Notes under the pieces: generated by a model
Told to the model about the DNA's origin: nothing
Seen by the model: only the letters and a program-made list of their open reading frames with translations
Databases searched by the model: none
From: an uncultured Thermoleophilia bacterium
GTDB lineage: Bacteria; Actinomycetota; Thermoleophilia; UBA2241
Reading direction: 5' to 3'
DNA: 64,000 nucleotides
Assembly (NCBI GenBank): GCA_963715985.1
Contig: CAVQSP010000009.1
Location: forward strand, 64,001-128,000
Translations under genes and position numbers: made by a program
Shown here: piece after piece, positions 42,534 to 54,088 of the stretch
Position numbering within the stretch: the stretch's first letter is position 1
How the letters are laid out: each line of letters opens with the position of its first letter

Positions 42534-44250
42534 TCAGAGCCCTCCCGCCGCGCCCGTCCGCCGCGGGTCGGTGCTCGCGCTCAGCAGCCCGGTCTGCCCG
42601 TCGCGCCACGCCTGCTGATACGACCCCATGTGGTGGTCGAACGGGGGGCGTGGGGCCAGCTTCGCCCCGAGCCTGGCGAGGTCGCGCAGCACCGGCTCGG
42701 GGATCCGCGCCTCGATGTCGATCGTGTAGTCCTCGCGCATCGGCAGCATGCGCGGCAGGACCGCGGCGTCGTAGGGGTCGTTGGGATAGTCGAGCACGTT
42801 CGACAGCATCTGCGGGACGGTGCAGTGGATGTTGCCGGGCGAGCCCAGCGAGAGCCACGGCCGGCCGTCCTTCATGACGATCGGTGCTGCTGATGACGGA
42901 TCGCATCCGGCTGCCCGGCAGACCGAGCCAGCCGCTGATGAAGTAGTCCATGGCGAACTTGACGTGGCTGCCCGCCATGGGGACCCCGTCGACGACCATG
43001 CCGGGGATGCCGCCGGACTGCAGCGTGTTCATCATCTGCACCCAGTTGCCGTCCGCGTCCACGCACGTGAGCTCGCAGCTCCCGGCAGGCTGCTTCTTCG
43101 CCGTGTCCGGCCCCGGCGACTGCCAGCCGAAGGCGCGCAGAAGCGCAGGGTCGCCGGTGAGCTCGACGTGGCGGGTGAGGTCGACGCCGTCCTTGGGCCG
43201 CGAGCGGCGCAGGATCGTCGCGAGGCTCGCGTGGTAGTCGTCCGACATCCAGACGTCGAGCGGCACGTCGAAGAACTCCGGGTCGTGCAGGTGACCCAGT
43301 TCGAAGTGCGCGCGACGAAGGGCCTGGCCCATGTAGTAGAGGCTCTCGGCGGACTCGGAGTAGTGGCCGAGCTCGCTCACGCCGAGGTGCCGCAGGATGC
43401 CCAGCACGAGGCAGCAGTACACGCCCTGACGTTCGGGCGGCGGCGGCTGGAGTATCTCGTAGTCCCCGTGCCGGTAGCGCAGCGGCTCGGCCCATCGCGG
43501 CGGCGCCGCCGTGAGATCCCCGAGCTCGATCTGCCAGCCCAGCCGGTTCGCGGTCTCGACGAAGTGCCGCGCCCAGTCGCCGGTGGTGAAGTAGTCGGGT
43601 CCCTCCTCGGCGAGACGCCGCAGCGTGACGGCGAGCGCGGGGTTGCGCAGCTTCTCGCCGACCGACGGTGTGAACCCGTCCGGCGCGTAGAGCTCGCGCA
43701 TCGCCGGGAAGTAGGTGTTGCCCTCGAGCTCCCACTCGAGGATCGCGCGTGTGAACTCGTCGACCGGGAACCCGTCCTCTGCCCACGGGATCGCGGGCTC
43801 GACCAGTGCCTTCCACGGCTTCGAGCCGAAACGCTCGTGAAGCGCGGCGACGCCGGGCATGAACCCCGGCAGGCAGGCCATCGGCTCGCCCTGGGCGAGG
43901 CCGTCCATCCCCGGGGGAAAGGTGCGGAACGGCGGCAGCGTCGGGTGCAGCGTGCCCATGCTGTTGAGGTAGTGCGTCGTACCCGTCCGCGCGTCGAAGT
44001 ACAGGGCACAGACGGTCCCGGTGTGGTTCGTCATGTCGATCTGCACGGTCGCCTGCGTGAGGCAGCCGGCGACGGCGGCGTCGGCCGCGTTGCCGCCGGC
44101 GCGCAGCACGTCGAGCATCGTCTGCGTCACGATCGGGCTCTGGCTGCTGGCGACGGCGCGCTTGCCGCGTACCACCTCTTTCGGTCCCTGGCGCGGGAGC
44201 AGTGACGACGCCGGGGTGGGGCCGGCACGCGGGGCAGATGGGTCGCTCAC
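42534..44250 (-). CDS. Divergent gamma-glutamyltransferase-family Ntn hydrolase (frameshift near 42880)
   Basis: VLRAGGNAADAAVA, PGF..G...LHERFGS.PW..L..PAI..AEDGFPV, VDADGN, LGSPG, DPRR.G. Confidence 0.85.
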
Positions 44251-45551
44251 GACTCAGCCTTCGGTGCCTGGACCGGAGCCGGCCCGCGCTCCGCCAGGAG
44301 GTCGCCGTCGCTGCGGCAGGCGACCCCGGCCTTGAACACCTCGCGGACCGTCCCCTTGTCGCGGAACACGGTGATGTCCGAGGGGTCCACGCCGAGCACG
44401 ATGGCGTCGAAGACGTAGCCGGGCGCGATGCGCCCGTAGCGGTCGCCGACGCCGCAGAGCTCGGCGCCGCTCGACGTGGCGGCCAGCAGGGTCTCCTCGA
44501 CCGTGAGGCCGGCCTCGTGCAGCAGCGCGAGCTCCTCGAGGTTGCGGCCGTGCTGGCGGCGGTCGATCCAGTCGCAGCCGCTGGCGATGCGCACGCCCGC
44601 CTCCCGTGCGATGCGCACGCACTCACCGAACGAGTCGCGCAGCTCCAGCACCTTCTTGATGGCGTAGGAGGGGGCGGCCACCGACTCCTCGCTCCGCTGG
44701 GAGAGAGCCGTGTCGATCAGATCGTTGACGATGGACAGCGTCGGCACCAGCCAGCAGCCGGCCGCCGCCATCGCCTCTGCCTGGCTCTCGGTCAGCATGG
44801 TGCCGTGCTCGATCGAACGGATCCCGCAGGCGACGGCCAGGTCGATGCCCTCGCCGGCGATGGCGTGGCTCATGACCGGCTTGCCGCGCCGGCCGGCCTC
44901 GAAGACGGCGGTGGCGACCTCCTCGGCGGTGAAGCTCGTGTCCCACGGAGTGTCGTGGGGAGAGACCACGCCGCCGCTCGTGCAGAGCTTGATGCAGTCG
45001 GCGCCGTCGCGCAGCAGGCGTCGCACGGTGACGCGCATGTCGTCGACGCCGTCGACGGTGGTCAGGAGGTGGCCGAGGACCGGGTCGGGGTCCACGCCGA
45101 CGCGCTCGGAGTAGGTGTCGCCGTGGCCGCCCGTCTGGCTGAGCAGGATGATCGCGACCTGCAGCCGCGGCCCGGTGACGAGTCCCTCCTCCACGGCGCG
45201 CTTGACGCCGGCGTCCGCACCTCCGGCGTCGCGCACGAAGGTGACCCCGGCGTCCAGCGTCTTGCGCAGGTTCACGGCCGTCTCCAGGGTGGAGTACGAG
45301 AGCGGGGTGCGCAGCAGTTCCCGCTCATCCACCGTGGACGATGCCATGTGGGCATGGCAGTCGAAGACGCCGGGCATCAGCCAGAGACCGCGCAGATCGT
45401 AGGCCGGCGCGTCCGCCGGCCCTTTCGCGGAACGGCCGATCCCGGTCACGACGCCGTCCTCGACGACGACGGCGGTCTCCTCCGAGAAGCCGCCGTCCTC
45501 TTCCAGGACGCGGACGTTGTGCAGCGTGAACGTGGAGCCGTTGGGTGACAT
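44247..45551 (-). CDS. Metal-dependent amidohydrolase (Xaa-Pro dipeptidase-like)
   Basis: MPGVFDCHAH, GVTFVRDAGG, TGGHGD, GAD.IK.CTSGG, SIEHG, LVPTL. Confidence 0.88.
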   Translation of the reverse strand: MSPNGSTFTLHNVRVLEEDGGFSEETAVVVEDGVVTGIGRSAKGPADAPAYDLRGLWLMPGVFDCHAHMASSTVDERELLRTPLSYSTLETAVNLRKTLDAGVTFVRDAGGADAGVKRAVEEGLVTGPRLQVAIILLSQTGGHGDTYSERVGVDPDPVLGHLLTTVDGVDDMRVTVRRLLRDGADCIKLCTSGGVVSPHDTPWDTSFTAEEVATAVFEAGRRGKPVMSHAIAGEGIDLAVACGIRSIEHGTMLTESQAEAMAAAGCWLVPTLSIVNDLIDTALSQRSEESVAAPSYAIKKVLELRDSFGECVRIAREAGVRIASGCDWIDRRQHGRNLEELALLHEAGLTVEETLLAATSSGAELCGVGDRYGRIAPGYVFDAIVLGVDPSDITVFRDKGTVREVFKAGVACRSDGDLLAERGPAPVQAPKAES

Positions 45552-45571
45552 AGCTGCTCCTTGAGGGGGTG

Positions 45572-47669
45572 TCATGGGCCGTCACCGCCGTCCGGGGACG
45601 GCATGCTGAGCCCGAGCTTACGCATCAGGAACCCGAGCCACTCCGCGACCTGGTCGGGGTCGGTGCCCACGCTGAGATGGCCGCCGTCCGGGCGAGCACG
45701 CAGGAGGATCTCGTTGCCGGACGTTGCCAGCTGCTGGAGGCGCGCCGCGAGCTTGCGCGCGTGCCAGGGCTGGCAGCGCGAATCGTTCTCGCCGGTCCAC
45801 ACGAGGACGGGCGGGTAGGCGGCCTCCTTCAGGTTCTGGTAGGGCGACCACCGGGCCAACGCCTGCGCTCCCTCGGGCGACTTCGGATCACCGTAGTCGA
45901 TGACCGTGGCCCCGTACCCGAACGGATCCAGGGACGGGCTGAGCAGGTCGGCGAGGGGCACCTGCACGCAGACGGCGCCCCACAGCTCCGGCCGCTGCGC
46001 CAGTGCCGCCGCCGTCAGCACTCCGCCGTTGGACTCACCCACGAGGCCGAGCTGAGCCTGGGTGGTGACGCCCTGCGCGACCAGCCACTCCGCCACCGCG
46101 AACAGGTCGTCGAAGGTGCCCTGTTTGTGCTCCAGGCGTCCCTCGTGCCACTGGCGCTCGCCGAACTCGCCGCCGCCCCGCAGGTGCAGGATGCCGACCA
46201 CGCCGCCGGCGAGCACGAAGGGAGCCAGCTTGCCGAGGTAGGTAGGGACGAAGGCGATGCTGAAGCCGCCGTAGCCGTACAGGAGCGTGGGGTGCGGCCG
46301 CGACGTGTCGAGGTCGCGCGGCCGGACCAGCGTGACCGTCACCTCGCGGCCGTCCGCGGCAACGGCCGTCCGCAGCTCGTCCACGACATCATCGAGGACC
46401 AGCGCGGGAGGCTGGACGAGCGTGAGCTGCCGGGAGGGGACGTCGTACTGATAGGCGGCCGGTGAGCGGCCCGGCGAGGCGAACGTGAAGGTGAACGAAT
46501 CGCCGCAGACGACGACGCTGTCGCCCTCCATCGGGGGCATCACCTTGTAGTGGGCGCTCATGGCGTGCTCCGCCACGACCCCGCGCCCCGGCAGCGGCAG
46601 CTCGTCGACGAGCGTCATGCCCGCGTCGAAGATGCGGACGCGCGCGGCCGCCCGAGCCAGGCCGCAGACCACGTAGTGCCCGGCGACGAGGTCGATGGTC
46701 AGCAGGACCTCGTCGGACTCCGGCAGCAGCTCCTTCCAGGTCGAGCGATCGTGGGCCGACTCGAGCGGCAGGCGCACGACGCGACCGCGCGGGGCGCCCT
46801 CGGTGGTGACCGCGACGTAGTCGTCGCCGTCCACGAAGCCGTAGGCGCGGCCCTGCCTTGCGGTCCTCGAGGACCTCGAACCACTCCCCGTCCGGCAGGC
46901 GGCGCGCGAGCCAGATGCGGCCCCCGAAGCGCTCGCTGACCAGCGTGAGCCAGCGCCCGTCCGCGGAGACCTGCGGGTAGCCGCCGGGCGGGTCGCCGAC
47001 GGCCGACGCGGAAGCCGAGCGCCGCCAGGGAGTCGCGCGCTCGGCTCGCTCCTCGTCCACCGCGAGGAAGAGCAGGTCGCGCGGCTCGTCCCCCAGGTAA
47101 GTCGCCTGCGGGGAAGTAGCAGCCGCTCGAGTCGGGCAGCCACGCCACGCGCGAGAACCACGTCTCCGGGACGGCCACGGGGAGCACCTCCTCGCGCTCC
47201 ACGTCGAGCAGGCGCAGGACGCACTGTTCGTCGCCGCCCCCGGAGATGCCGAAGGCGACGTAGCGGCCGTCCGGCGAGGGGAAGAACCAGTCGAGGGAGG
47301 CCGGCCGGCCGGGCTCCGAGAACGCGTCGGCCGTCAGGATCGCGCGCCAGGGGCCCGCAGGGCCGGAGGCGCGCTCGAGCCGCTCGCCGCCCTCGCCGTG
47401 GGCGAGGCGGATCCAGCGGTCGCCGCTGCCGTGCGGGGCGCTCACGAACGTCGAGCCCACGTGTTGTCTCCAGGGAGCGCCTGAGCTCGTCGAACCCCTC
47501 GACGTCGCCGCAAGGCGCGCTCCGCGACGGCGTTCTGCGCCGCCTGCCAGGCGAGCGTCTCGGGGCTGTCCTCCTCCAGCCAGGAGAAGGGGTCCTCGTA
47601 CGTCACGCCGGCGGCGTCCACGCGGACCGGCCGCGGCTCCGCCTTCGGCGCCTCATCTCCCAGCAGCAT
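45572..47669 (-). CDS. Prolyl oligopeptidase (S9A), copy 1 (several frameshifts)
   Basis: EDPFSWLE..S..TLAW..AQN; SPDGRYVA; YGYGGF, LRGGGEFG..WH, GESNGG, NDSRC, GGH. Confidence 0.88.
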
Positions 47670-47711
47670 CTCGCTCCCCTTGTCGTCGGACTCCGCCCCG
47701 TGTGCTCGCCT

Positions 47712-48454
47712 TCATTGGGGTCGTTCACCGGCCAGCCATCCGCCGTCGACGGGCACGTAGGCGCCGGTCATGTACGACGAGTCGTCGCAGGTGAGGAACT
47801 GCACGACGGACGCGATCTCCTCGGGCCGGCCGTAGCGGCCGAGGGCGGCGCGGCGGCCGTAGTAGGCGATGCGCTCCGGACTGGCGAAGCCGGCCGCGTT
47901 CATCGGCGTGTCGATGACGCCGGGGCCCACGACGTTGACCCGGATGCCGTAGCGGCCCCAGTCGATGGCGAGGCCACGGCCGAGCTGCAGGACCGCGCCC
48001 TTCGACGTCACGTACGCGACCTGGCCGGGCATCGCGATCTGTGAGTTGATCGAGCCCAGCAAGACGATGCTCCCGCCTGCCCGCGCCCGATGAGGTGACG
48101 CCCCACGGCGCGGGCCATGAAGAAGCACCCGTCCACGTTCACGCGCTGCACGCGGTGCCAGGTGTCGTCGTCCATCTCGTGCGCCGGACCGGTCAGCTCG
48201 ATCCCTGCGGCAGCCACGAGGTGATCCACGTGACCGAGCTGCTCCACGGCCGCCATCACGGCCGCGTCGCACTCCGCCGAGGAGGCGACATCGACGACGA
48301 GGCCCAGCGCCGCGCCGATCTCGGCGGCGAGACGAGGGGTGTCGGGCGACAGGTCGGCGCAGACCACGCGGTCGCCTCGTGCGACGAGGCGGCGGGCGCA
48401 GGCCAGGCCGATGCCTGAGGCGGCGCCGGTGACGAGGGTGACGACGTCGCTCAC
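47712..48454 (-). CDS. SDR family oxidoreductase (frameshift near 48085)
   Basis: TGAASGIG, AAAGI, YVTSKGA, IRVNVVGPG.IDTPM, VDGG. Confidence 0.88.
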
Positions 48455-50230
48455 GGCGCGCCCGTCGGCAGTATCAGGCGCGGCGCCGAGGCGGCGTCGT
48501 GGAGGATGCGCACGTGCGCCGCCGGGGCGTCGGCGGGCCGGCCGTGCCCGTACGGCGTCAGCTGGATCGCGTAGGCGTGGCGGATCGCCAGGCGCAGGCG
48601 GCTGCCGGCCTGCACGGTGCGCGTGCACCACTTGAACTCGCGGAACGTGACGTCGGTGGGCTCGCCCGGCACCAGGTAGTGGTGCGTGCCGTCGAGGTGG
48701 CGGCAGCTCAGTCGCAGCGCGTCGCTGCTGAGGAAGATCGAGTCGCCCATCGGCGTGATCTCGTGCAGCAGCACCACGAGATCGGCGTCGGGCTGGTCGC
48801 ACACCAGGCGCACGTGCAGTTCGGGCTCGCCGACGATGGTGATGTCCGTCGGTGAGGATGCGCGACGTGTACACCACACCCTGGCCGTCGAGGTCGAGCA
48901 CGAGACGGGGATTGGTGGGGTCGTTGCCGGCTACGGACATGAGGAAGTTGTTCATCGGCTGGCCGTGGAACGGCGACTCTGGTCCGCTGCCCGCGGGTCG
49001 TGGCTGCAACTCGGCCTCGTGCGTGCGCATGTCGAACGGGTCGCACGTGAAGGTGGCGTCGGGGCTTGCCGCCGGTGCGTCCTCGACGAAGCCGGAGTGG
49101 GTGGCATCCATCGGCCCGTCGGCAGAGCGCAGGTACTTGGTGACGCTTCCGGTGGTGGCTTGCTCGAGCGACGAAGCCGAGATCCAGCGCTCGGCGCCGG
49201 CGAGGTACAACATCACCCGGTCGCGCAGGAACTCGGGCGCCGGCGCGCCGTGCAGGATGTGGCGCAGCCAGTCGCGGCGCAGTTCGGGCAGGTTCACGGC
49301 GGCATCCGGCCCGAAGACCAGTTCGCCCACCTTGCCCTCGCCGAAGTGCGTGGCCATGTGGTCCCACGGGCCCACCACGAGGTGGCTCGCGGCGACCACG
49401 TCGGCAGGTGCGTGCCGGACGAACCGCCGCCAGTTGTGGATCGTGCCGCCGCTGCTGTCGTCGTACATGCCGGTGATCGACAGCACGGGCACGGTGGTGG
49501 CTGCGAGCTGCTCGGGCTGCGCCCAGTAGACCTCCCAACGCGGCCCGGGCTCGGCGTGGTCGACCGGCTCGAGGACCCACTCGTCCAAGGGGGCGCCTGC
49601 TGCGACCGCTGCCTCAACCAGCGAAGTGCCGGCAACCGCTGCATCGTAGAGGTGGCGGTGCCAGTGGGCGATGTCGCCGGCGATGGTGAACTGCGTGCCG
49701 CGGTTGCTGACCAGGCGCCGCCAGCCGAAGTCGTACAGCGCCGGGATGCCGCCGCGCGGCAGGTCGACGCCGAAGCCGCTGGTCGAGTCGGGCGTGATCG
49801 CCTTCAGCGACGGCGGCGCAGCGGCCAGGATGAGGTACTGGTTGACGCCCGTGTACGAGCCGCCGTGCAAGGCCACCTTGCCGTCGCACCAGTCCTGCGC
49901 GGCGATCCACTCGACCGCGTCGTAGCCGTCGCTCGCGTCGCGCAGGAACGGCACGAAGTCGCCGTCGCTGTTGCCCCGGCCGCGCACGTCGATGGCCACG
50001 TAGGCGAAGCCCTCCGCCGCCCAGAACACGCCGTCCTCGTTGAGGTGGTCGACGCCGTAGGGAGTGAGCTCCATCACGGCGCTCACCGGCTCGGTGTGGC
50101 CCCGGGGCCGCCACACCGCGGCGTGCAGCGAGAGGCCGTCGCGCAGCGGGATGCGCACGCCGATCGCCGTGAACGCCGACTGCGATCGAGGGGCGGGGCT
50201 CTTCAGACTGCTGTGTACGGGCATGGTCAT
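48451..50230 (-). CDS. CocE/NonD family hydrolase (S15-like; frameshift near 48850)
   Basis: IPLRDG..L, TPYG, DVRGRGNSDG.F, DGYDAVEWIAAQDWCDGKV...GGSY.G, GMYD, VGPWDH. Confidence 0.88.
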
Positions 50231-51186
50231 TCCCTCCGGTCGCGGCCGCCGACGACCCCTGCCTCGACGCGCGCGAGGAAGTCGGCGACGAGCACCATGG
50301 TCCGTGTCTCCTCCTCGGAGTGGCAGCTGTGCGAGCTCTCCTCGAGGATGTGCCATTCCGAGCCTGCGATGCCGTCGTGCAACGAGCGCATCACCGCCGG
50401 GGTGGCTTCGTCGTAGCGGCCCGAGAGCAGCAGCGTGGGCGCTGTGACCTCGCCGAGGCGCGGCCTGACGTCCCAGGCATCGAACTCCGCCGGCGCGCCC
50501 CCGGTCGGGAACTCGGCGCCGCCGGTCATCACGTCGTACACACGGTGGTCGTGCTCGAACGACGCGAGTGCGAGCGTCTCCCACTCGGGAGGGTGGTCCA
50601 TCCGCAGGACGTGCCTGCGTTCCCACACCGCATATGCCGCCTTGAACGCTTCGCTGTCCTGGCGGCCGGCGGCCTGCTCCGCGTCGAGTACGGTGAGCAC
50701 GTCCGCGGGCAGTTCGCCGCGCAGCCGCAGGGTCTCGCGGTTCCACTCCTCCATGCTGGCCGGGCCGCTCTCGAGCACGAGACTGCGCACACCGCTGGCG
50801 CCCGACAGCACGTGTTCCATGGCCAGCATGCATCCCCACGACTGGCCGATCAGGTGCACCTCGCGCAGGTCGAGCGCCTCGCGCAGCGCAGCGAGCTCGC
50901 GACGGAACAGGTCGATGGAGAACACGCCGGAGCGCGCGAAGCACTCGTCGGGCACGGGCGAACGGCCGCTCCCGATCTGATCGTAGCGGATGACCCGGCG
51001 ACCCGTTGCGGCGAGAGTCTCGAACGGGCGGAGATACTCGCTGTTGTATCCGGGGCCGCCGTGCAGGAGCAGCACCGGAGGCCGGTCGTCGTCATCGCCC
51101 ACGATGCGACACCACGTGCCGCCGAGCTCCGGCAGAAGGGCGAGGACCTGCTCCGTGACGGGGCCGGCGGGAATCGGGTCGTTCAT
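50227..51186 (-). CDS. Proline iminopeptidase/L-amino acid amidase (S33)
   Basis: LHGGPG, YDQIGSGRS, GQSWG, GRYDEATP, SSHSCH.EE. Confidence 0.88.
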   Translation of the reverse strand: MNDPIPAGPVTEQVLALLPELGGTWCRIVGDDDDRPPVLLLHGGPGYNSEYLRPFETLAATGRRVIRYDQIGSGRSPVPDECFARSGVFSIDLFRRELAALREALDLREVHLIGQSWGCMLAMEHVLSGASGVRSLVLESGPASMEEWNRETLRLRGELPADVLTVLDAEQAAGRQDSEAFKAAYAVWERRHVLRMDHPPEWETLALASFEHDHRVYDVMTGGAEFPTGGAPAEFDAWDVRPRLGEVTAPTLLLSGRYDEATPAVMRSLHDGIAGSEWHILEESSHSCHSEEETRTMVLVADFLARVEAGVVGGRDRRE

Positions 51187-51209
51187 GGCGTCCAACCGTT
51201 CCCGAGGGC

Positions 51210-52601
51210 CTACAGGTAGGGCCTGATCCGCCGCGCCGCCGCCGCGCAGGCCTGCGCGAGGCGCTCCATGTCCGCCTCGGTGTGCGCGGTGCTCGCGGCG
51301 CAACAGCCGTAGAGCACGTAGACGTCTTCCAGCAGCAGGGCGAGGTGCAGGATCTTGTGGCTGAGCTCCACGTCGCTCAGATCGGGGTCGTGGAGCACGT
51401 GCGGGCGGTCGAGCGGCGCGCTCGGATCGTGGGGGAAGTGGAGGCCGGTCAGCGAGCTGCCGATGCCCGCCTCGTCGCGCCCGCCCGTGCACCGCGCCTC
51501 CACGCCTCCGGCGGCGAAGCCTTCCGCGATCCGCCGGCGCATGACGTCACCCAGCGCGGCGAGCCGCGGGTACACCTCGGCCTCGTGCTCGCGCAGGTAG
51601 GAGACCATCGTCTTCGCGGCGAGCAGCGAGGCGGGGTGTGCCGAGTACGTGCCGCCGGTGAAGGCGACGCGGTTGCCGCCTGCCTCGCCGCAGAGGGCCA
51701 TGACCTCGTCGCGGCCGGCGACGGCGGCCACCGGCATGCCGCCGCCGACGATCTTGCCGACGGTGACGAGGTCGGGGCGGATGCCGTAGAGGGAGCCGAG
51801 GTCGCCGGCGCAGAAGCGGAAGGCGCTGATGACCTCGTCGAAGATGAGCAGGACGCCGTGCCGCTCGCACAGCTCGCGCGCGGCGCGCAGGTACTCGGGA
51901 TGCGCGAAGATGAAGCTCCCCGCGCCCGCGTGCGGCTCGACGATGAAGCAGGCCAGACGGTCGCCGTAGGCGCGGAAGTCCTCTTCGAGCGCCTCCAGCT
52001 CGTTGAAGCGCGTCAGCACCACTTCGTCCGCGACGCGCCCCGGCAGGCCCTCGCTCTCCGGCCCCCACGGCCGCGGCGGGCCCTGGTTGTAGACGCCGTT
52101 GAGGCCCCAGGGCTGGGCGCCGTGCCAGCCGGTGGCGACCTTGAGCACCAGGTCGCGGCCCGTGAACGCCCTGGCCAGCATGATGGCGTACATGGTGGAC
52201 AGCGAGCCACTCGTGGTGAAGCGGACCTTGTCGGCGTGCAGGCAGTCGCAGACCAGCTCGGCGGTCTCGATCTGCAACTCCTCGGTCTGCCCGAGCTGCA
52301 GGCCCGTGCCGCCCGCGAACGCCTCTGCCAGCACGGAGGTGACGACCTCCGGGTCGTTCCCGAGGATGTTGGCGAAGTGGCCCTGCCAGAAGTCGAGCAG
52401 GTCGTGACCGTCCACGTCGCGCACGAAGGCGCCCTGGGCGCTCTCGATGCGCACGGGGAACGGGCGCGTCAGACGGAACCCGTGGCTGCCCCCGTCGACC
52501 ATCACCCGTTCGGCCCTGACTGCGAGCTCCCCGGAGCGCGGGAAGCGCGCCGCGTACTCGCTGCTCAGGTGCTCGATCAGCCGCGTGTTGTCACGTCTCA
52601 T
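51210..52601 (-). CDS. Class III PLP aminotransferase (GSA-like)
   Basis: DVDGHDLLD, RFTTSGS, LIFDEVISAFR, GKIVGGGMP, GGTYSAHP. Confidence 0.87.
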   Translation of the reverse strand: MRRDNTRLIEHLSSEYAARFPRSGELAVRAERVMVDGGSHGFRLTRPFPVRIESAQGAFVRDVDGHDLLDFWQGHFANILGNDPEVVTSVLAEAFAGGTGLQLGQTEELQIETAELVCDCLHADKVRFTTSGSLSTMYAIMLARAFTGRDLVLKVATGWHGAQPWGLNGVYNQGPPRPWGPESEGLPGRVADEVVLTRFNELEALEEDFRAYGDRLACFIVEPHAGAGSFIFAHPEYLRAARELCERHGVLLIFDEVISAFRFCAGDLGSLYGIRPDLVTVGKIVGGGMPVAAVAGRDEVMALCGEAGGNRVAFTGGTYSAHPASLLAAKTMVSYLREHEAEVYPRLAALGDVMRRRIAEGFAAGGVEARCTGGRDEAGIGSSLTGLHFPHDPSAPLDRPHVLHDPDLSDVELSHKILHLALLLEDVYVLYGCCAASTAHTEADMERLAQACAAAARRIRPYL

Positions 52602-54088
52602 GTCCGGCTCCATTCGCTCGGCCGGCCGCCCAGCGGGCGGGCGGGTCCGGTTCGGGATCGCGCGTGGGCGCGCCCGGGGAGGGCCGGGCGGCGCGCCCGG
52701 CCAGCGCCCCCACGTACACCCCATTGTGCACGGTGAGGACCCCTCGCACGAACACCATGTGCACGCCGGCCGGCGGCGTCCGCGCAGCGCTCGGGCTCGT
52801 AGTCGGCCGTGTCCACGATCGTTGCGGGGTCGAAGACGACGAGATCGGCGTCGCGGCCGGCCGCCAGCACGCCCTTGCCGGCCAGGCGCAGGCGCCACGC
52901 GGGCAGCGCCGTCATCTTGAAGAGCGCCTCCTCGAGGTCGAACAGGCGCTCGTCGCGCACGAACGGTCCCAGCACCCTGGGGAACGTGCCGGCCATGCGC
53001 GGGTGACCGCGTGTGACGCCGTCCTCACCGACCTCCGGCATGCCGTCGCTGGCCACCATGCACCAGGGCTTGCGCAGGGCCGTGCTGACGGCTCGCCACG
53101 GGATGCCGTGGCCGACGACCGTCGTGTCCTCGGGTGCCGCACGCAGCTCCCGAAAGAGCTCGTCGGTGAGGCGCTCGCCGAGGTGCGGCCCGCTGATGAC
53201 CTCGACATCGGCGAGATCCATCTCGTGGCGGGACCGCCAGTCGCCGTCGAAGACGGCGCTCTTCAGAAACGTCGACCAGGCATCGTAGGGGTAGCAGTCC
53301 GCGGTGACGTCAAGACCCTCGTCTCTGGCCTGCACGATCACGGCGAGCGTCTCCTCGATGGCGACGCCGGCGATGCTCGCCACGTGCGAGACCTGCACGG
53401 GGCAGCCGGCGGCGCGTCCCACGTCGACGACCTCGCGCACGGCCTCCGGGGCGCGGGCACCGGCGTGGCGCACGTGGGAGGCGACAGGGGCTCCGCGTGC
53501 GGCGGCCAGACGCGCCAGGGTCAGCTGCTCCTCGAAGGTCGTGCCCGGTGAGTACATCGGGCCGAACGAGACGCCGACGGCACCGGCCTCGAGGGAGGTC
53601 TCGACGAGAGCCTCGAGGCGCGCGAGCTGCACGGCCGAGAGAGGTCCGTACCCGTCGGCCTGGCCGGCCTCACGGCGCAGGGCCTGGGGCCCGACGTAGG
53701 AGGCGATGTTGCACTGCGCGCCCACCGCGTCGATCTCCGCCAGATACGCGCCGACGTCGCCCACCGACACGCCGCAGTTGCCGGTGACCACGGTCGTCAC
53801 GCCCTGGCGCACGAAGACCTCGGGACCCGTGGAGCCGCCGCCGTCGAGGTGGGCGTGGATGTCGATGAAGCCGGGGGCGACCGTGCCGCCGCCGACATCG
53901 TGCACCTGGGTGACGCCGGGCCGCACGAGCGCATCCATCTCGGCGTCCGACCCCACGGCGAGGATGCGGGCCCCGTGCGCGGCCACGGCGGTCGCCTGCG
54001 GCCGCGCCGGGTCCATCGTCAGCACACGGCCGTTGCGCAGAACGAGGGTGGCCCAGCCGGGGCCGGGGCTGCCGTCCGGCGGCTTCAC
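52591..54088 (-). CDS. N-acyl-D-amino-acid deacylase family amidohydrolase (frameshift near 52780)
   Basis: APGFIDIHAH, QGVTTVVTGNCG, SHVR, QVSH, DCYPY, ASDG, HPRMAGTFPRVLG, KMTALPA, DADLVVFDP. Confidence 0.88.
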
